From Candidatus Coprovivens sp. (lineage in GTDB: Bacteria > Bacillota_I > Bacilli_A > RF39 > UBA660): 64,000 nucleotides of DNA. The stretch lies in NCBI GenBank assembly GCA_051892935.1, contig JBJFGS010000038.1, positions 1 to 64,000 of the forward strand, given 5' to 3'. Of the stretch, positions 1 to 9,474 are shown piece after piece. A model generated the notes under the pieces. That model did no database searches and was not told the DNA's origin. It saw nothing but the letters and a program-made list of their open reading frames with translations. Each line of letters begins with the position of its first letter. The first letter of the stretch is position 1. The translations under genes were made by a program, and so were the position numbers.

Positions 1-52
1 CAATTCATTTATCAAATTTTATTGTCTACCAACACTATTTGACAAAGAACCT

Positions 53-868
53 CTATTTTTCATTAACTTTCATAATTAATTCATCATATTCTTTAAATAA
101 ATCATCAATAGTATAAACGCTATTATTTATAGTAATATAACTGTTATAAAAAGAATCTTTTTTTCTTAAATCAGTAACTAACTCTTTATAACTATCTAAT
201 ACAATAATATTATAGTCTAATTTACCATAAGCCTCATAATATTCTTCACTATGTTTAAGTAAAGAATAAACAGTATGTAAATATAATCTATCTACATCAA
301 AGCACTTAATAAATTTATCTACATTAATAGATTTATCTAGCAAATCCAAAACAGCATTATATCCACTTAATAACTTTGTATATTTTTTCTTACACAATAA
401 AACATACTCATCTAAAGACATATCAAGTTCACAATTAATATATTCAGATTTGATTTCATCATAATATACAGAATTTTCACCATTATTAAAAACATCTCTA
501 TAAATATCTTTTCTAATTCTAATAGCTTTTTTTATTTCCTTATAAATATCTTCGCCACTATTATCAACTAATTCATCAGCATTAGAAATAACATTACGTA
601 AAAAAGCTCTTTTAGAAAAGAATAAAGTTCTACCACTATCACTCAAACGAGAACTTATAGCATATTTAAAACTTCTAGCCAGTTGTTCATCTTTAAATAA
701 AACAGTTAAAGGCATATAATAATATCTGTCTAAAAATTCTTCAAAAACATTTTTTCCTTTTTTTTCTAAAGCTAGTTCTTCTAATCCATTAAGTAATTCC
801 CATTCTCCATAATACATAATTAATGGTTTATATACTAATTTAAGACTAGGGATAATATTTTCATTCAT
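53..868 (-). CDS. hypothetical protein
   Basis: Long ORF, AGGTGG RBS, own TTGGAT-17-TATAAT promoter; no recognisable motif. Confidence 0.75.
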   Translation of the reverse strand: MNENIIPSLKLVYKPLIMYYGEWELLNGLEELALEKKGKNVFEEFLDRYYYMPLTVLFKDEQLARSFKYAISSRLSDSGRTLFFSKRAFLRNVISNADELVDNSGEDIYKEIKKAIRIRKDIYRDVFNNGENSVYYDEIKSEYINCELDMSLDEYVLLCKKKYTKLLSGYNAVLDLLDKSINVDKFIKCFDVDRLYLHTVYSLLKHSEEYYEAYGKLDYNIIVLDSYKELVTDLRKKDSFYNSYITINNSVYTIDDLFKEYDELIMKVNEK

Positions 869-926
869 CACACTAACCACCTATTCTTCATTTATTATAC
901 TATATTTTTTCAGATAATCCAATATA

Positions 927-1469
927 TTAAATAATAATCCTAATTATTTTAAAAATAATATCAGTTAAAAATACAAATAATAATACATAAAAGAAAACAT
1001 TTAACAATTTTCTTGATAATTTAGAAATAACTTTTTCAAACAAAGGCTGAATAATATAAAGAAAAAGTACACCACCCAAACCAAATCTAATACTTGGACT
1101 TAAAGCGATTCTTCCCTCAAAATTTATTTTATAATCAACATAAGTTTGCCAAGGCCAACTACCAAAAATCCACTCACATAAGTAAGAAGCAATAAGTTCA
1201 ATTAATGTAGCTATTACCATACATCCTAAAAAGATTATTGGAATCATTAAAACTTTCTTCTTCCAATCCTTATTTCTCAGTAACCACCCTAATATGAAAA
1301 TAAAAGCTAAAGCCCCAACTCCATATACAGGGCAATAAGGTCCAAATAATACACCTCTATTAGTAAATCCCCAACGATATACCACAACTTCTAAAAAATC
1401 TTCATACAACCACCCCAAAACAGCATACATCATAAAATATAAATAATACTTCTTTATTTTATCACCCAT
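927..1469 (-). CDS. putative ABC transporter permease (CmpB/TMEM229 family)
   Basis: YAVLGWLYE, NRGVLFGPYCPVYGVG, W..Y..YKINFEGRIAL motifs; several TM helices. Confidence 0.85.
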   Translation of the reverse strand: MGDKIKKYYLYFMMYAVLGWLYEDFLEVVVYRWGFTNRGVLFGPYCPVYGVGALAFIFILGWLLRNKDWKKKVLMIPIIFLGCMVIATLIELIASYLCEWIFGSWPWQTYVDYKINFEGRIALSPSIRFGLGGVLFLYIIQPLFEKVISKLSRKLLNVFFYVLLFVFLTDIIFKIIRIII

Positions 1470-1524
1470 AAATATCACCTCTTACAATAATAAAAATTAA
1501 TAAAAACCTATATAGAATATATAT

Positions 1525-2517
1525 TTACCAATTTAAATCCGTTATCAAATAACCAGATTCCTTCCCTTTATCTAAATATTTATTTATATCATTAAAAGCC
1601 CTACTTAAATAAGAATTAATTTCATCTTCTATAGTCAAATAATCAACCGAATCATAACTTTGCCCATCACGTGTTGCTTTAAAACAAGACTTCGGATCTT
1701 TATTTACATCATCATATTGACACCAAACACCATGAAAACCTTCAAAGTTATGATTCGTTCCTATAACAATTAAGCCATATTCAAAGATTTGCCAAAAAGA
1801 TTTATCTCCATAACTATATTCACAAGAATAAGAAGAAACTACTTTCCCACCAATTTCATTACAAATCTTTTTATATTTATTACGCAAACTTTCTAATTCC
1901 TCATAAGCTAACCATTTCCCAGCAGAAACCTGTCTTTCATCAGTAAATTCAACAATTATCGTAGAACAATTTTTATTTCCACTAATATCTGTAGCTACAA
2001 TATTTAACTTATAGGAATTATTAGCAACTATATTAGAATAGTCAATATCATAAGAAATAGTAACCGGTGATTCATCACTATATTCAATATTTTCTAAAAC
2101 TTTTTCTAAATTCAAATCTTCTCTTTTCTTCAATTTTATTTCTTTATTAAGTATTTTCAAAGATGGCGCCACAAAATCAAGTCCATCAGGAACATTCAAA
2201 AATTCAACATAAGGATTTTCAATTTCAGAACCAATATAACCATCGATATTATTATTAGTCCTAATATGAAACCATACATATTCATCATCAGCAATATAAT
2301 CAATAACATCATAGATATCATTTTTTGCTACTTGTCCAATCAAATCACTACTTAAAGTTGGAGCTTTTCTAATATTTATATTATCTATAACCACTTTTAC
2401 CTGAAACTTCGATTTATCAAACTCATTAGACATTTCCACATTTTGAGTACTTTTATCGCAACATCCAACTATCAACATTAGCACATAAAATAAAATCAAA
2501 AGATTTTTAAAAAACAT
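1525..2517 (-). CDS. SH3b-domain lipoprotein with Ig-like (DUF5011/HYR-like) domain
   Basis: Lipobox LIVGC; NIRKAPTLSSDLIG..WFHI..GYI (SH3b); D..APSL..ATDISGN (Ig-like). Confidence 0.7.
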   Translation of the reverse strand: MFFKNLLILFYVLMLIVGCCDKSTQNVEMSNEFDKSKFQVKVVIDNINIRKAPTLSSDLIGQVAKNDIYDVIDYIADDEYVWFHIRTNNNIDGYIGSEIENPYVEFLNVPDGLDFVAPSLKILNKEIKLKKREDLNLEKVLENIEYSDESPVTISYDIDYSNIVANNSYKLNIVATDISGNKNCSTIIVEFTDERQVSAGKWLAYEELESLRNKYKKICNEIGGKVVSSYSCEYSYGDKSFWQIFEYGLIVIGTNHNFEGFHGVWCQYDDVNKDPKSCFKATRDGQSYDSVDYLTIEDEINSYLSRAFNDINKYLDKGKESGYLITDLNW

Positions 2518-2577
2518 AACTCATCACCTATTATAATAGTATCACAAATAAAAATAAGTTCTATATAAAAATAAAAC

Positions 2578-2877
2578 TTATTTATTGCTAGTTTTAACAT
2601 ACTCACTAGTTTTAGTATCTTTTCTTAACTTTACTAAAGATTCATATACCATATGAGCTTGTTTAACCGATATATCCTCCAACGTATCATCAGGCAATTT
2701 AATCATAAATCTACTAATAGGAATTCCCCATATTATATCAGGCATTGAATCGACATTCACAAGCCAACCAATATATCGTTTATTCCATTCTTTACGTAAT
2801 TGTTCCTCTCGAATCTCTAAATTATCTCTAATGTCAAGTAACCAAGTACTTCCATTATCAATTATTGCTGCAAACAT
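2578..2877 (-). CDS. hypothetical protein
   Basis: 99-aa ORF with G-rich RBS and upstream TATAAT. Confidence 0.65.
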   Translation of the reverse strand: MFAAIIDNGSTWLLDIRDNLEIREEQLRKEWNKRYIGWLVNVDSMPDIIWGIPISRFMIKLPDDTLEDISVKQAHMVYESLVKLRKDTKTSEYVKTSNK

Positions 2878-2918
2878 AAAATCCCCCCCACTTAAAGAAT
2901 ATTATAACTAAAGCACTA

Positions 2919-3623
2919 TTATGTCAAATTTGAATTAATAATTTCAACAATTGAAGAACCATTATTGGTAACTAAGTTTTTAAGTTCAAGTTGTCTTTTA
3001 ACCTCTCTAGCTACACCATTACCACCATCTAGTAAAGAAACATTAGAAAAATACTTACTAATTAAATCCTTTATAAAAGGATAATGAGTACATCCTAATA
3101 CAATAGCATCAATATCAAAATCTTTATAATCATTAAAAATACTAGAAATTATTTTCTCTTGCTTCTCAACATTTCCAACTTCTATCGCATTAGCCAATCC
3201 CTCACACGGAACCAAATATATATTCTCATAACACTTTTTATTCTCATTTACTAAAATATTCATTCTTTCACTATTTATAGTCGCAGGAGTAGCCATAACC
3301 AATATATTATTATAACCTTTGTCACAAGCGACCTTTATAGCGGGTTCTGTCCCAACAAAAGTAATATCCGGATATTTATCACGTAAAAACTTTATACATC
3401 TTGTTGTAGCAGTATTACAAGCGATAACAATTACTTTACATCCTCTACTAATTAAATAATCTGTAATATCAGAAGTTATTTTAAATAGTTCATCATCTTC
3501 TTTTTCACCATAAGGATTATTTTTACTATCAGCATAAAATAAATAATCTTCATTAGGTAAAATCTTCTTAATTTCCTCTAAAACAGTTAATCCACCTATT
3601 CCTGAATCAAAAACTCCTATCAT
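2919..3623 (-). CDS. murI: glutamate racemase
   Basis: IGVFDSGIGGLTV, PYGEK, IACNTAT, VLGCTHYP with both catalytic Cys. Confidence 0.97.
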   Translation of the reverse strand: MIGVFDSGIGGLTVLEEIKKILPNEDYLFYADSKNNPYGEKEDDELFKITSDITDYLISRGCKVIVIACNTATTRCIKFLRDKYPDITFVGTEPAIKVACDKGYNNILVMATPATINSERMNILVNENKKCYENIYLVPCEGLANAIEVGNVEKQEKIISSIFNDYKDFDIDAIVLGCTHYPFIKDLISKYFSNVSLLDGGNGVAREVKRQLELKNLVTNNGSSIVEIINSNLT

Positions 3624-3627
3624 AATA

Positions 3628-4284
3628 TCACTTCCTAAATAACTTATCTCCTTTGTCAGTAATTTTTTCTCTCATAGCAAAATCTAATACTTCCAAAAAG
3701 TTCTCATCATCAACAAATTTAATACGATCATTATTCATCCAACTTGAAGACCATGTTATTTCTCCTCTTTTTAATTTTTCCATAACATCAGGTAAATGAT
3801 CAGCACTATCTCCTTGATTAAAAGGATCAACATATCCAGCTTCATCATATAACTTACATTGTAAATCGCATTCTAATTTATCACAATGATAAGCAAAAAG
3901 AGCCTCTTTTGTCTTTCTTTCATCAAATTCCAAAATAATTCTTTTTATTTCATCACCATTAATCATACCAGCTAAAATATTTTCAACTGCCTGATGCCCA
4001 ATTCTCATCTTATCATCAGCACCAATATCTAAATATGTTAAATCACCAATAATAGTTTCCTCAAGTTCATGAATAGCCAACATAAACATTACTTTTTCAA
4101 TATCAATATCATATTGATACTCAGAATACATAGCTAACGCTAACATTAAAACACCATAAACATGCTCCGCAACACTTTCAACCCTTGCGGCATTAACATG
4201 CCAATTTAACCACCCTGTTCGAACAACATTTTTTAATTTATTACATAAAACATAAAACTCAATAACACCTAAAGCTTTTTTCAT
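3628..4284 (-). CDS. HD-domain 5'-deoxynucleotidase-like protein (YfbR/HD_3 family)
   Basis: LKNVVRTGW, ESVAEH, IHELEE..IGD (HE in place of HD), DKLE. Confidence 0.85.
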   Translation of the reverse strand: MKKALGVIEFYVLCNKLKNVVRTGWLNWHVNAARVESVAEHVYGVLMLALAMYSEYQYDIDIEKVMFMLAIHELEETIIGDLTYLDIGADDKMRIGHQAVENILAGMINGDEIKRIILEFDERKTKEALFAYHCDKLECDLQCKLYDEAGYVDPFNQGDSADHLPDVMEKLKRGEITWSSSWMNNDRIKFVDDENFLEVLDFAMREKITDKGDKLFRK

Positions 4285-4285
4285 C

Positions 4286-5443
4286 TTAACTCTCCAACAC
4301 AATAACTGGAACATCCATTTCTTCTATAGTTAATCCACAATGCGTAGATTTCTTTACTTTCTTACCTTCAAAATAATCATTTTGTAATCTAAATATTGAA
4401 GAACCTATTGATACAGCAACATAATTACCCAAAAAATCATCTATTTTAAAATGTTGCAATCCATTACCTAATAATCCCATTTCTAAAACTTCTTTTTTAG
4501 TAAACAAAAGATAATCCTTAAACTCTCTTCTAAAAATATTTTCAAATTCTTCTTTTCTATCTTCTTTCACCCAAAATCCAACAAATCTAGATTCAAAAAA
4601 TTCTGGCATAATTAAACAATCTCTTAAATCAGGATGATCCAAAACAGAATAAACATTTTTTATATCTTTATGACCATGATCAGCAGATATAATAACTAAA
4701 GAATTATTTAAAGTTTTCATCATCCTTTCCATTTTAGATTCAGCATCTAAAATATAACTACGAGCTTCATCACTTGAAGCACCATATTTATGAAGTAGAT
4801 TATCAGGATTGTCCAAATAAGCCATAATAAACTTTTTATCAGGATTATCACATAATACTTTAATGCCTTCACACAATTCATCTAAATCATTAGCAATAAG
4901 TGTTCTTTTACTTTTTCTTTCTACATGAGAAGGACAAATTTCATAAGCCGCAATTCCATTTTCTTCAATCATTTCATAAACAGATTTATAATTAATTACT
5001 TCGGCATAAACATCCTTTCTAACATTCTTTAACTTTTCTTCCGTATACGATTCTACTCGAGGCAACATATTTAAACATCTTCCATACTCTTTAAAATATT
5101 GACTCCAAGCAATCCAACCAGTTTCTAAAGGAGATTTACCAGAATAATAAGTAGTCATAGCAGCAGTCGTAGTTGAAGGATAAACTGAATTAACAACAGT
5201 AAGTTCATTTCTTTTAAAATAACCATCTTTAGACAGTCTATTTAATATATGTTCACCCATACCATCTAAAACAATTAATACAACATTGTTAAATTTTTTC
5301 TTAAGTAACTTATCTAATGATTTTAAAGAACAATGTCCATTATCAATACCATAATATTTTAAAACAGAAGAAATAGTACATAAAATAGAATTATCATAAT
5401 CCGGAAATCTTAATTTTGTATTGTTCAAATAATCTTTACACAT
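4286..5443 (-). CDS. alkaline phosphatase superfamily / type I phosphodiesterase-nucleotide pyrophosphatase
   Basis: VLDGMG, SVYPSTT, PDNLLH, SADHGH, HCGLT..EM.VP motifs. Confidence 0.9.
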   Translation of the reverse strand: MCKDYLNNTKLRFPDYDNSILCTISSVLKYYGIDNGHCSLKSLDKLLKKKFNNVVLIVLDGMGEHILNRLSKDGYFKRNELTVVNSVYPSTTTAAMTTYYSGKSPLETGWIAWSQYFKEYGRCLNMLPRVESYTEEKLKNVRKDVYAEVINYKSVYEMIEENGIAAYEICPSHVERKSKRTLIANDLDELCEGIKVLCDNPDKKFIMAYLDNPDNLLHKYGASSDEARSYILDAESKMERMMKTLNNSLVIISADHGHKDIKNVYSVLDHPDLRDCLIMPEFFESRFVGFWVKEDRKEEFENIFRREFKDYLLFTKKEVLEMGLLGNGLQHFKIDDFLGNYVAVSIGSSIFRLQNDYFEGKKVKKSTHCGLTIEEMDVPVIVLES

Positions 5444-5487
5444 ATTCCACCTCAAAAAATATATCTATAATTCGATTATATAACACA

Positions 5488-5515
5488 AAAAAATAGGAGT
5501 AAACTCCTATTTTTT
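5488..5515 (-). terminator. intrinsic terminator
   Basis: AAAAAATAGGAGT-TT-ACTCCTATTTTTT hairpin overlapping the stop of the upstream gene. Confidence 0.75.
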
Positions 5516-7225
5516 CTTAATATTGTCCAAAAGAAGAACAATTTGGTTGTCACAAATACCATCAGGTGTATCAGAACCACTAACAAAAACAAACAAAACA
5601 ACATTATTATCAATATCAGTAGCTCTATAGTAAGTTTTACCTACATCAGAAGTAACATATAATAAATTCCAATCCAAATCATTATGTTTTACGCTATCAA
5701 TTTCTTCTCCTAATTTATAATAATCAGCAATTTTACTTAATAATTCTTTAGAATTATTATAACCATCTATACCACCAAATTTAAAAGAGCAAGCATTATT
5801 ATCACCAACACCTTCAGTTACATATGTATACGAAACTAAGGTATCATCTTCCTTACGATAATCATCCGGAATATTAATAATAAAATAATCTTCAATATTC
5901 AAATCATTAAACCTTAACTCACCATTAAACTCAACATTTTCTTTAGGTTTTTCAAATATTTGAACAATGTCATTATATATATCTTTAAAGTAATCAAAAC
6001 CAACTAATTTAATAACAGCAAATAATACTAAAGCAACCAAAACTATTTGTAACAATAAAGCTATTAATAAATTGTTTTTGCCTTTTTTAGAACATATATT
6101 ATTTAAATCTCCCTGCGATACCTTAGGATGTTTCTTCTTTATAGAACGAACCTTTTTTCTAACATAAAACAAATATAAAGGATTAATAATTAAAGCCATT
6201 ATCATAGCTAATACAATATACACAGCACCAACTATATAAAGCAATTCCCTAAAAATATATAAAATAGAAAGTTGAAATATAAAAAAGAATAATCCTGTAA
6301 AATACATACTCCTACAGAAAAATGCCAAACTACCAAAAAACATAGCAAAAGCAGAAAAATTACTTCTCAAATACTTATCATAATTCTTGCCAACATAAGC
6401 TTTCACCAAAGCTGTTTCATCAATTACTACAACATTTTCATCAACTAAAGATGGCATAATAACACTTTCATTAAATTGTTGATTTTGCATCATTTGTTCT
6501 CTTTCTTTTTGAATTATTAAATCAGGAGAAGGAAAAAATTTTGAATTTTCAACATAATCAGGAATTTTTTGCTGTTCTAAAGGCGTAGCACCCAAAGAAT
6601 TAATACTTAAAGGTTGCTGAGAAAGCAAATCTTGAGACAAAAGATTTTGATTTTGATTTTCTACAACATTAGCACTTTGATTTAGAATTGGAGCTTCTAC
6701 ACCAACCCTATTACTATAAATATCATTAGTTTCTAAAACATCAAGAGAAGGATTCGTTTCATTGCCAACATTATCCAACACCTCATTTTCCGTGTACCCA
6801 AACAAAGTTTCATTATTAGAATTATTAATATTATTAGAACTATCATTATTAAAAAAATCATCTTCCAATACCTCAGGTTCCGCTTGATAAACAGTAGCAT
6901 TAACATCTTCAACTAAACTTTGATTAAAAATAGACGAAAATTGATTGTTAGAAGATTTATCATCATTATTTTGTTGATTAATATTAGCATTATCATTTGG
7001 ATTTGAAAAAACGTTTTGTAAAGAAGAACCAGAAACCATTGTAGAATTATTTTGAACTCCAAAAGAATTTACTTGACCGCTAGTCGAAGAACCGACATCA
7101 TTAAAATCATTACCTTCTAATAAATTTTGATTAAAAAATCTATTTTTTACAGGTCGCATAGGTGCATTATTAGAATTAATATTATTAGAATTATACTGAG
7201 AATTAAAATTATTAGAATTATTCAT
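5507..7225 (-). CDS. DUF2628-like membrane protein with N/Q-rich N-terminus and extracellular PsbP-like C-terminal domain
   Basis: YVGKNYDKY..FSAFAMFFG..FFCRSMY..NPLY..YV pattern; 3-4 TM helices; low-complexity N-terminus. Confidence 0.7.
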   Translation of the reverse strand: MNNSNNFNSQYNSNNINSNNAPMRPVKNRFFNQNLLEGNDFNDVGSSTSGQVNSFGVQNNSTMVSGSSLQNVFSNPNDNANINQQNNDDKSSNNQFSSIFNQSLVEDVNATVYQAEPEVLEDDFFNNDSSNNINNSNNETLFGYTENEVLDNVGNETNPSLDVLETNDIYSNRVGVEAPILNQSANVVENQNQNLLSQDLLSQQPLSINSLGATPLEQQKIPDYVENSKFFPSPDLIIQKEREQMMQNQQFNESVIMPSLVDENVVVIDETALVKAYVGKNYDKYLRSNFSAFAMFFGSLAFFCRSMYFTGLFFFIFQLSILYIFRELLYIVGAVYIVLAMIMALIINPLYLFYVRKKVRSIKKKHPKVSQGDLNNICSKKGKNNLLIALLLQIVLVALVLFAVIKLVGFDYFKDIYNDIVQIFEKPKENVEFNGELRFNDLNIEDYFIINIPDDYRKEDDTLVSYTYVTEGVGDNNACSFKFGGIDGYNNSKELLSKIADYYKLGEEIDSVKHNDLDWNLLYVTSDVGKTYYRATDIDNNVVLFVFVSGSDTPDGICDNQIVLLLDNIKKK

Positions 7226-7376
7226 AATCCTACACCTCTACTCTACTAATATAATAACATTCATTAGCAAAAAAGTAAATTTATAAAGTAACATTTATAA
7301 AAAATATTAATCATTTTATACCAATTAAAAATTAAGATGATATAATATATTTATAAAAAAATTTCAGGAGGAAAAA

Positions 7377-8090
7377 ATGAGTAAGTTAATAGTTATAGAA
7401 GGTATAGATGGTTCAGGAAAAGGTACTCAAAGCAAAATGCTGTATGATAGATTAAAAAGAGAAAATTATGATTTATATAATCTAACATTTCCACAATATC
7501 AAGAAGATTCATCATATTTTGTAAGACAATACCTAAGTGGTAACTACGGAACAAATGCAACAGATGTATCTGCAAAACAAGCATCATTATGCTATGCTAT
7601 GGATAGATTTCATGCATTTAAAGGTAATCCACAAACACAAGCGGCAGTAGCAAGTCAAAATACTATCATGTTAGCAAATAGATACACAACATCAAATATA
7701 TTATATCAAGCAACAAAAGCCAAAACGACTGATGAAATATATGAATTAATCGACTGGATATGTCACTTAGAATACGAAATATTAGAAATCCCTAAGCCAG
7801 ATTTAGTAATAATGCCAGTTGTCGAAATTGAAAAAAATATAAGCATGATGAGAAAAAGAGATATCGAACAAAATGCTAAAAACAATAATATGAGCAAAGA
7901 TATTCATGAACAAAACATTGAATACTTAAGAAAAGTTCATGCAACAAGTCAAATAATAGCAGAAAGATTAGGTTTTGATATTATTAATTGCATGCAAGCA
8001 AATGGTGAAATAAGAACTATCGAAGATATACATGAAGAAATATATCACAAAGTAGATGAAAAAGTATTAAGACTTGTAAATAAAAAATAA
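7377..8090 (+). CDS. tmk: thymidylate kinase
   Basis: IVIEGIDGSGKGTQ P-loop, FPQY, YAMDRF, (N)RYTTSN, PKPDLV, DIHE. Confidence 0.9.
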   Translation: MSKLIVIEGIDGSGKGTQSKMLYDRLKRENYDLYNLTFPQYQEDSSYFVRQYLSGNYGTNATDVSAKQASLCYAMDRFHAFKGNPQTQAAVASQNTIMLANRYTTSNILYQATKAKTTDEIYELIDWICHLEYEILEIPKPDLVIMPVVEIEKNISMMRKRDIEQNAKNNNMSKDIHEQNIEYLRKVHATSQIIAERLGFDIINCMQANGEIRTIEDIHEEIYHKVDEKVLRLVNKK

Positions 8091-8118
8091 AAGGCATCAA
8101 AAATGTCTTTTATTTTTT
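8082..8118. terminator. bidirectional intrinsic terminator after tmk
   Basis: AAAAAATAAAAGGCAT-CAAAA-ATGTCTTTTATTTTTT. Confidence 0.7.
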
Positions 8119-8142
8119 TATTTTAAGTATTTATAAATAATT

Positions 8143-8167
8143 AAAAAAACAGAACGAAAGTTCTGTT
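8143..8167 (-). terminator. terminator of tRNA pair
   Basis: AACAGAAC-TTTC-GTTCTGTT followed by T run. Confidence 0.8.
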
Positions 8168-8177
8168 AATTTTAAAA

Positions 8178-8262
8178 TGGTGCGAGTGAAGGGACTTGAA
8201 CCCCCACTCCGTAAGGAACTAGATCCTAAGTCTAGCGCGTCTACCAATTTCGCCACACTCGC
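8178..8262 (-). tRNA. tRNA-Leu (TAG)
   Basis: GCGAGTG acceptor stem, CTAGA-CTTAGGA-TCTAG anticodon arm, long variable arm, GGTTCAAGTCC, encoded CCA. Confidence 0.97.
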
Positions 8263-8270
8263 AAATTAAG

Positions 8271-8347
8271 TGGTGGACCTCGTAGGACTCGAACCTACGA
8301 CCGCCCGGTTATGAGCCGGATGCTCTAACCAACTGAGCTAGAGGTCC
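8271..8347 (-). tRNA. tRNA with CAT anticodon, most likely tRNA-Ile2 (lysidine-modified)
   Basis: GGACCTCTAGCTCAGTTGGTTAGAGC..CCGG-CTCATAA-CCGG..GTTCGAGTC..CCA; resembles Bacillus Ile2 rather than initiator or elongator Met. Confidence 0.92.
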
Positions 8348-8359
8348 ATCGACCATTTA

Positions 8360-8388
8360 ATAATAACATATTAATCAGGCTTTTGCAA
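8360..8388 (-). promoter_or_regulatory. sigmaA promoter of tRNA pair
   Basis: TTGCAA-17-TATTAT with TG extension, 12 nt before the tRNA. Confidence 0.8.
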
Positions 8389-8410
8389 GAATAATTTTTA
8401 TTTTTTTCAA

Positions 8411-9160
8411 TTACTTAGCTACAAAAGTAAAAAATACAATCAAAAGAATAAAAATTACATCGACAAAAACAAAATTTCCTCTCTTATCAATCTCTTTTCC
8501 ACAAAGTTTAGCAACAAAAGAAAACAAAGCATAGAATAAATTGAAAATAACGAACCCTATTAAAGATACAGCTAAACAAATAACATAATAATTCAAATTA
8601 GTAAAATTATCAAAAGCTTGCAAACTAAAACTAATTCCACTTACCATGCCAATACTTACTGCAATAAATATTGCAATAATAGTCACTATATCAATCATAT
8701 TTTTATCATATCTAGATTTCAATTCTTTAACATTACCATCGAGTTTTTGAAAATCCTGATTACTAGAATCAAAAACATGCTTTAATAATCTTATCTTAAA
8801 ACCATCACTAATCATATTTTTAGTACTGATATTAGCTTTCTCAATTCTATCCATAGCATCATAATAATTATACATACTAACAAGTTCATCTCTTTTTACT
8901 TCCATTTCAATTGATTTAAGCATATTATCATATATGTTATCTTCTATTAATATTGATTCACAATAAAAACAAATTCTTTTTAAATTACCAGTAAACATAC
9001 CATTATCATTTTTATAGTACTCATAAATGAATCTTTCTCTATTATCGTTATCTTTAAGAAAATATAGCAAATCAAAAGCCACAATAAAACATACCATATT
9101 AGTGCCATTACCACCTGCATCTAATCTTTTAATTTTCTCTAAAATATCATCAAGATTCAT
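8411..9160 (-). CDS. membrane protein, coiled coil plus 3 C-terminal TM helices
   Basis: IVTIIAIFIAVSIGMVSGISFS and two further hydrophobic segments. Confidence 0.75.
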   Translation of the reverse strand: MNLDDILEKIKRLDAGGNGTNMVCFIVAFDLLYFLKDNDNRERFIYEYYKNDNGMFTGNLKRICFYCESILIEDNIYDNMLKSIEMEVKRDELVSMYNYYDAMDRIEKANISTKNMISDGFKIRLLKHVFDSSNQDFQKLDGNVKELKSRYDKNMIDIVTIIAIFIAVSIGMVSGISFSLQAFDNFTNLNYYVICLAVSLIGFVIFNLFYALFSFVAKLCGKEIDKRGNFVFVDVIFILLIVFFTFVAK

Positions 9161-9205
9161 AAAACCACTCCCTAAAGAAAGTATATCACAAAAAAAGCAC
9201 CATAT

Positions 9206-9466
9206 CTAGGCACTTTTTTCTAACAATAAAGCAATATCTTCTTTCAAATAAGTAATATATATAAACATCAAATTATAATAATCTTCTTCAAATAATAACG
9301 ATCTATTCTTTATATAATAATTACTATTCAATTTTTCAAAAGGAATACTATTTCTAATACATAGGTTTTCTATAACATCTAAAGTTTCGCTAATTTCATT
9401 TAGCAATACATTTCTTTTATCATCAATATTAAGCTTACTATAACTTTCAAAATACTTTTCACGCAT
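9206..9466 (-). CDS. hypothetical protein
   Basis: 86-aa ORF with AGGTGA RBS directly after the upstream stop. Confidence 0.7.
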   Translation of the reverse strand: MREKYFESYSKLNIDDKRNVLLNEISETLDVIENLCIRNSIPFEKLNSNYYIKNRSLLFEEDYYNLMFIYITYLKEDIALLLEKSA

Positions 9467-9474
9467 AAAATCAC

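Noticed and set aside
7160-7225. ATTAGAATT-type repeats resembling an array
   Set aside because: Short, irregular and explained by the NSNN low-complexity N-terminus; no spacers or cas genes
7393-7587. Short ORFs antisense or out-of-frame within real genes (also 9027, 12604, 12761, 15745, 19747, 31377, 32645, 40378, 51999, 53716, 55068, 59154, 61077)
   Set aside because: Overlap well-supported genes, lack convincing RBS or motifs; typical shadow ORFs
8178-8347. tRNAs as integration site of an island
   Set aside because: No integrase and no duplicated tRNA 3' end seen in the window
8271-8347. tRNA-Met assignment
   Set aside because: Lacks initiator features (C1:A72 mismatch, three G-C anticodon pairs); GGACC start fits Ile2
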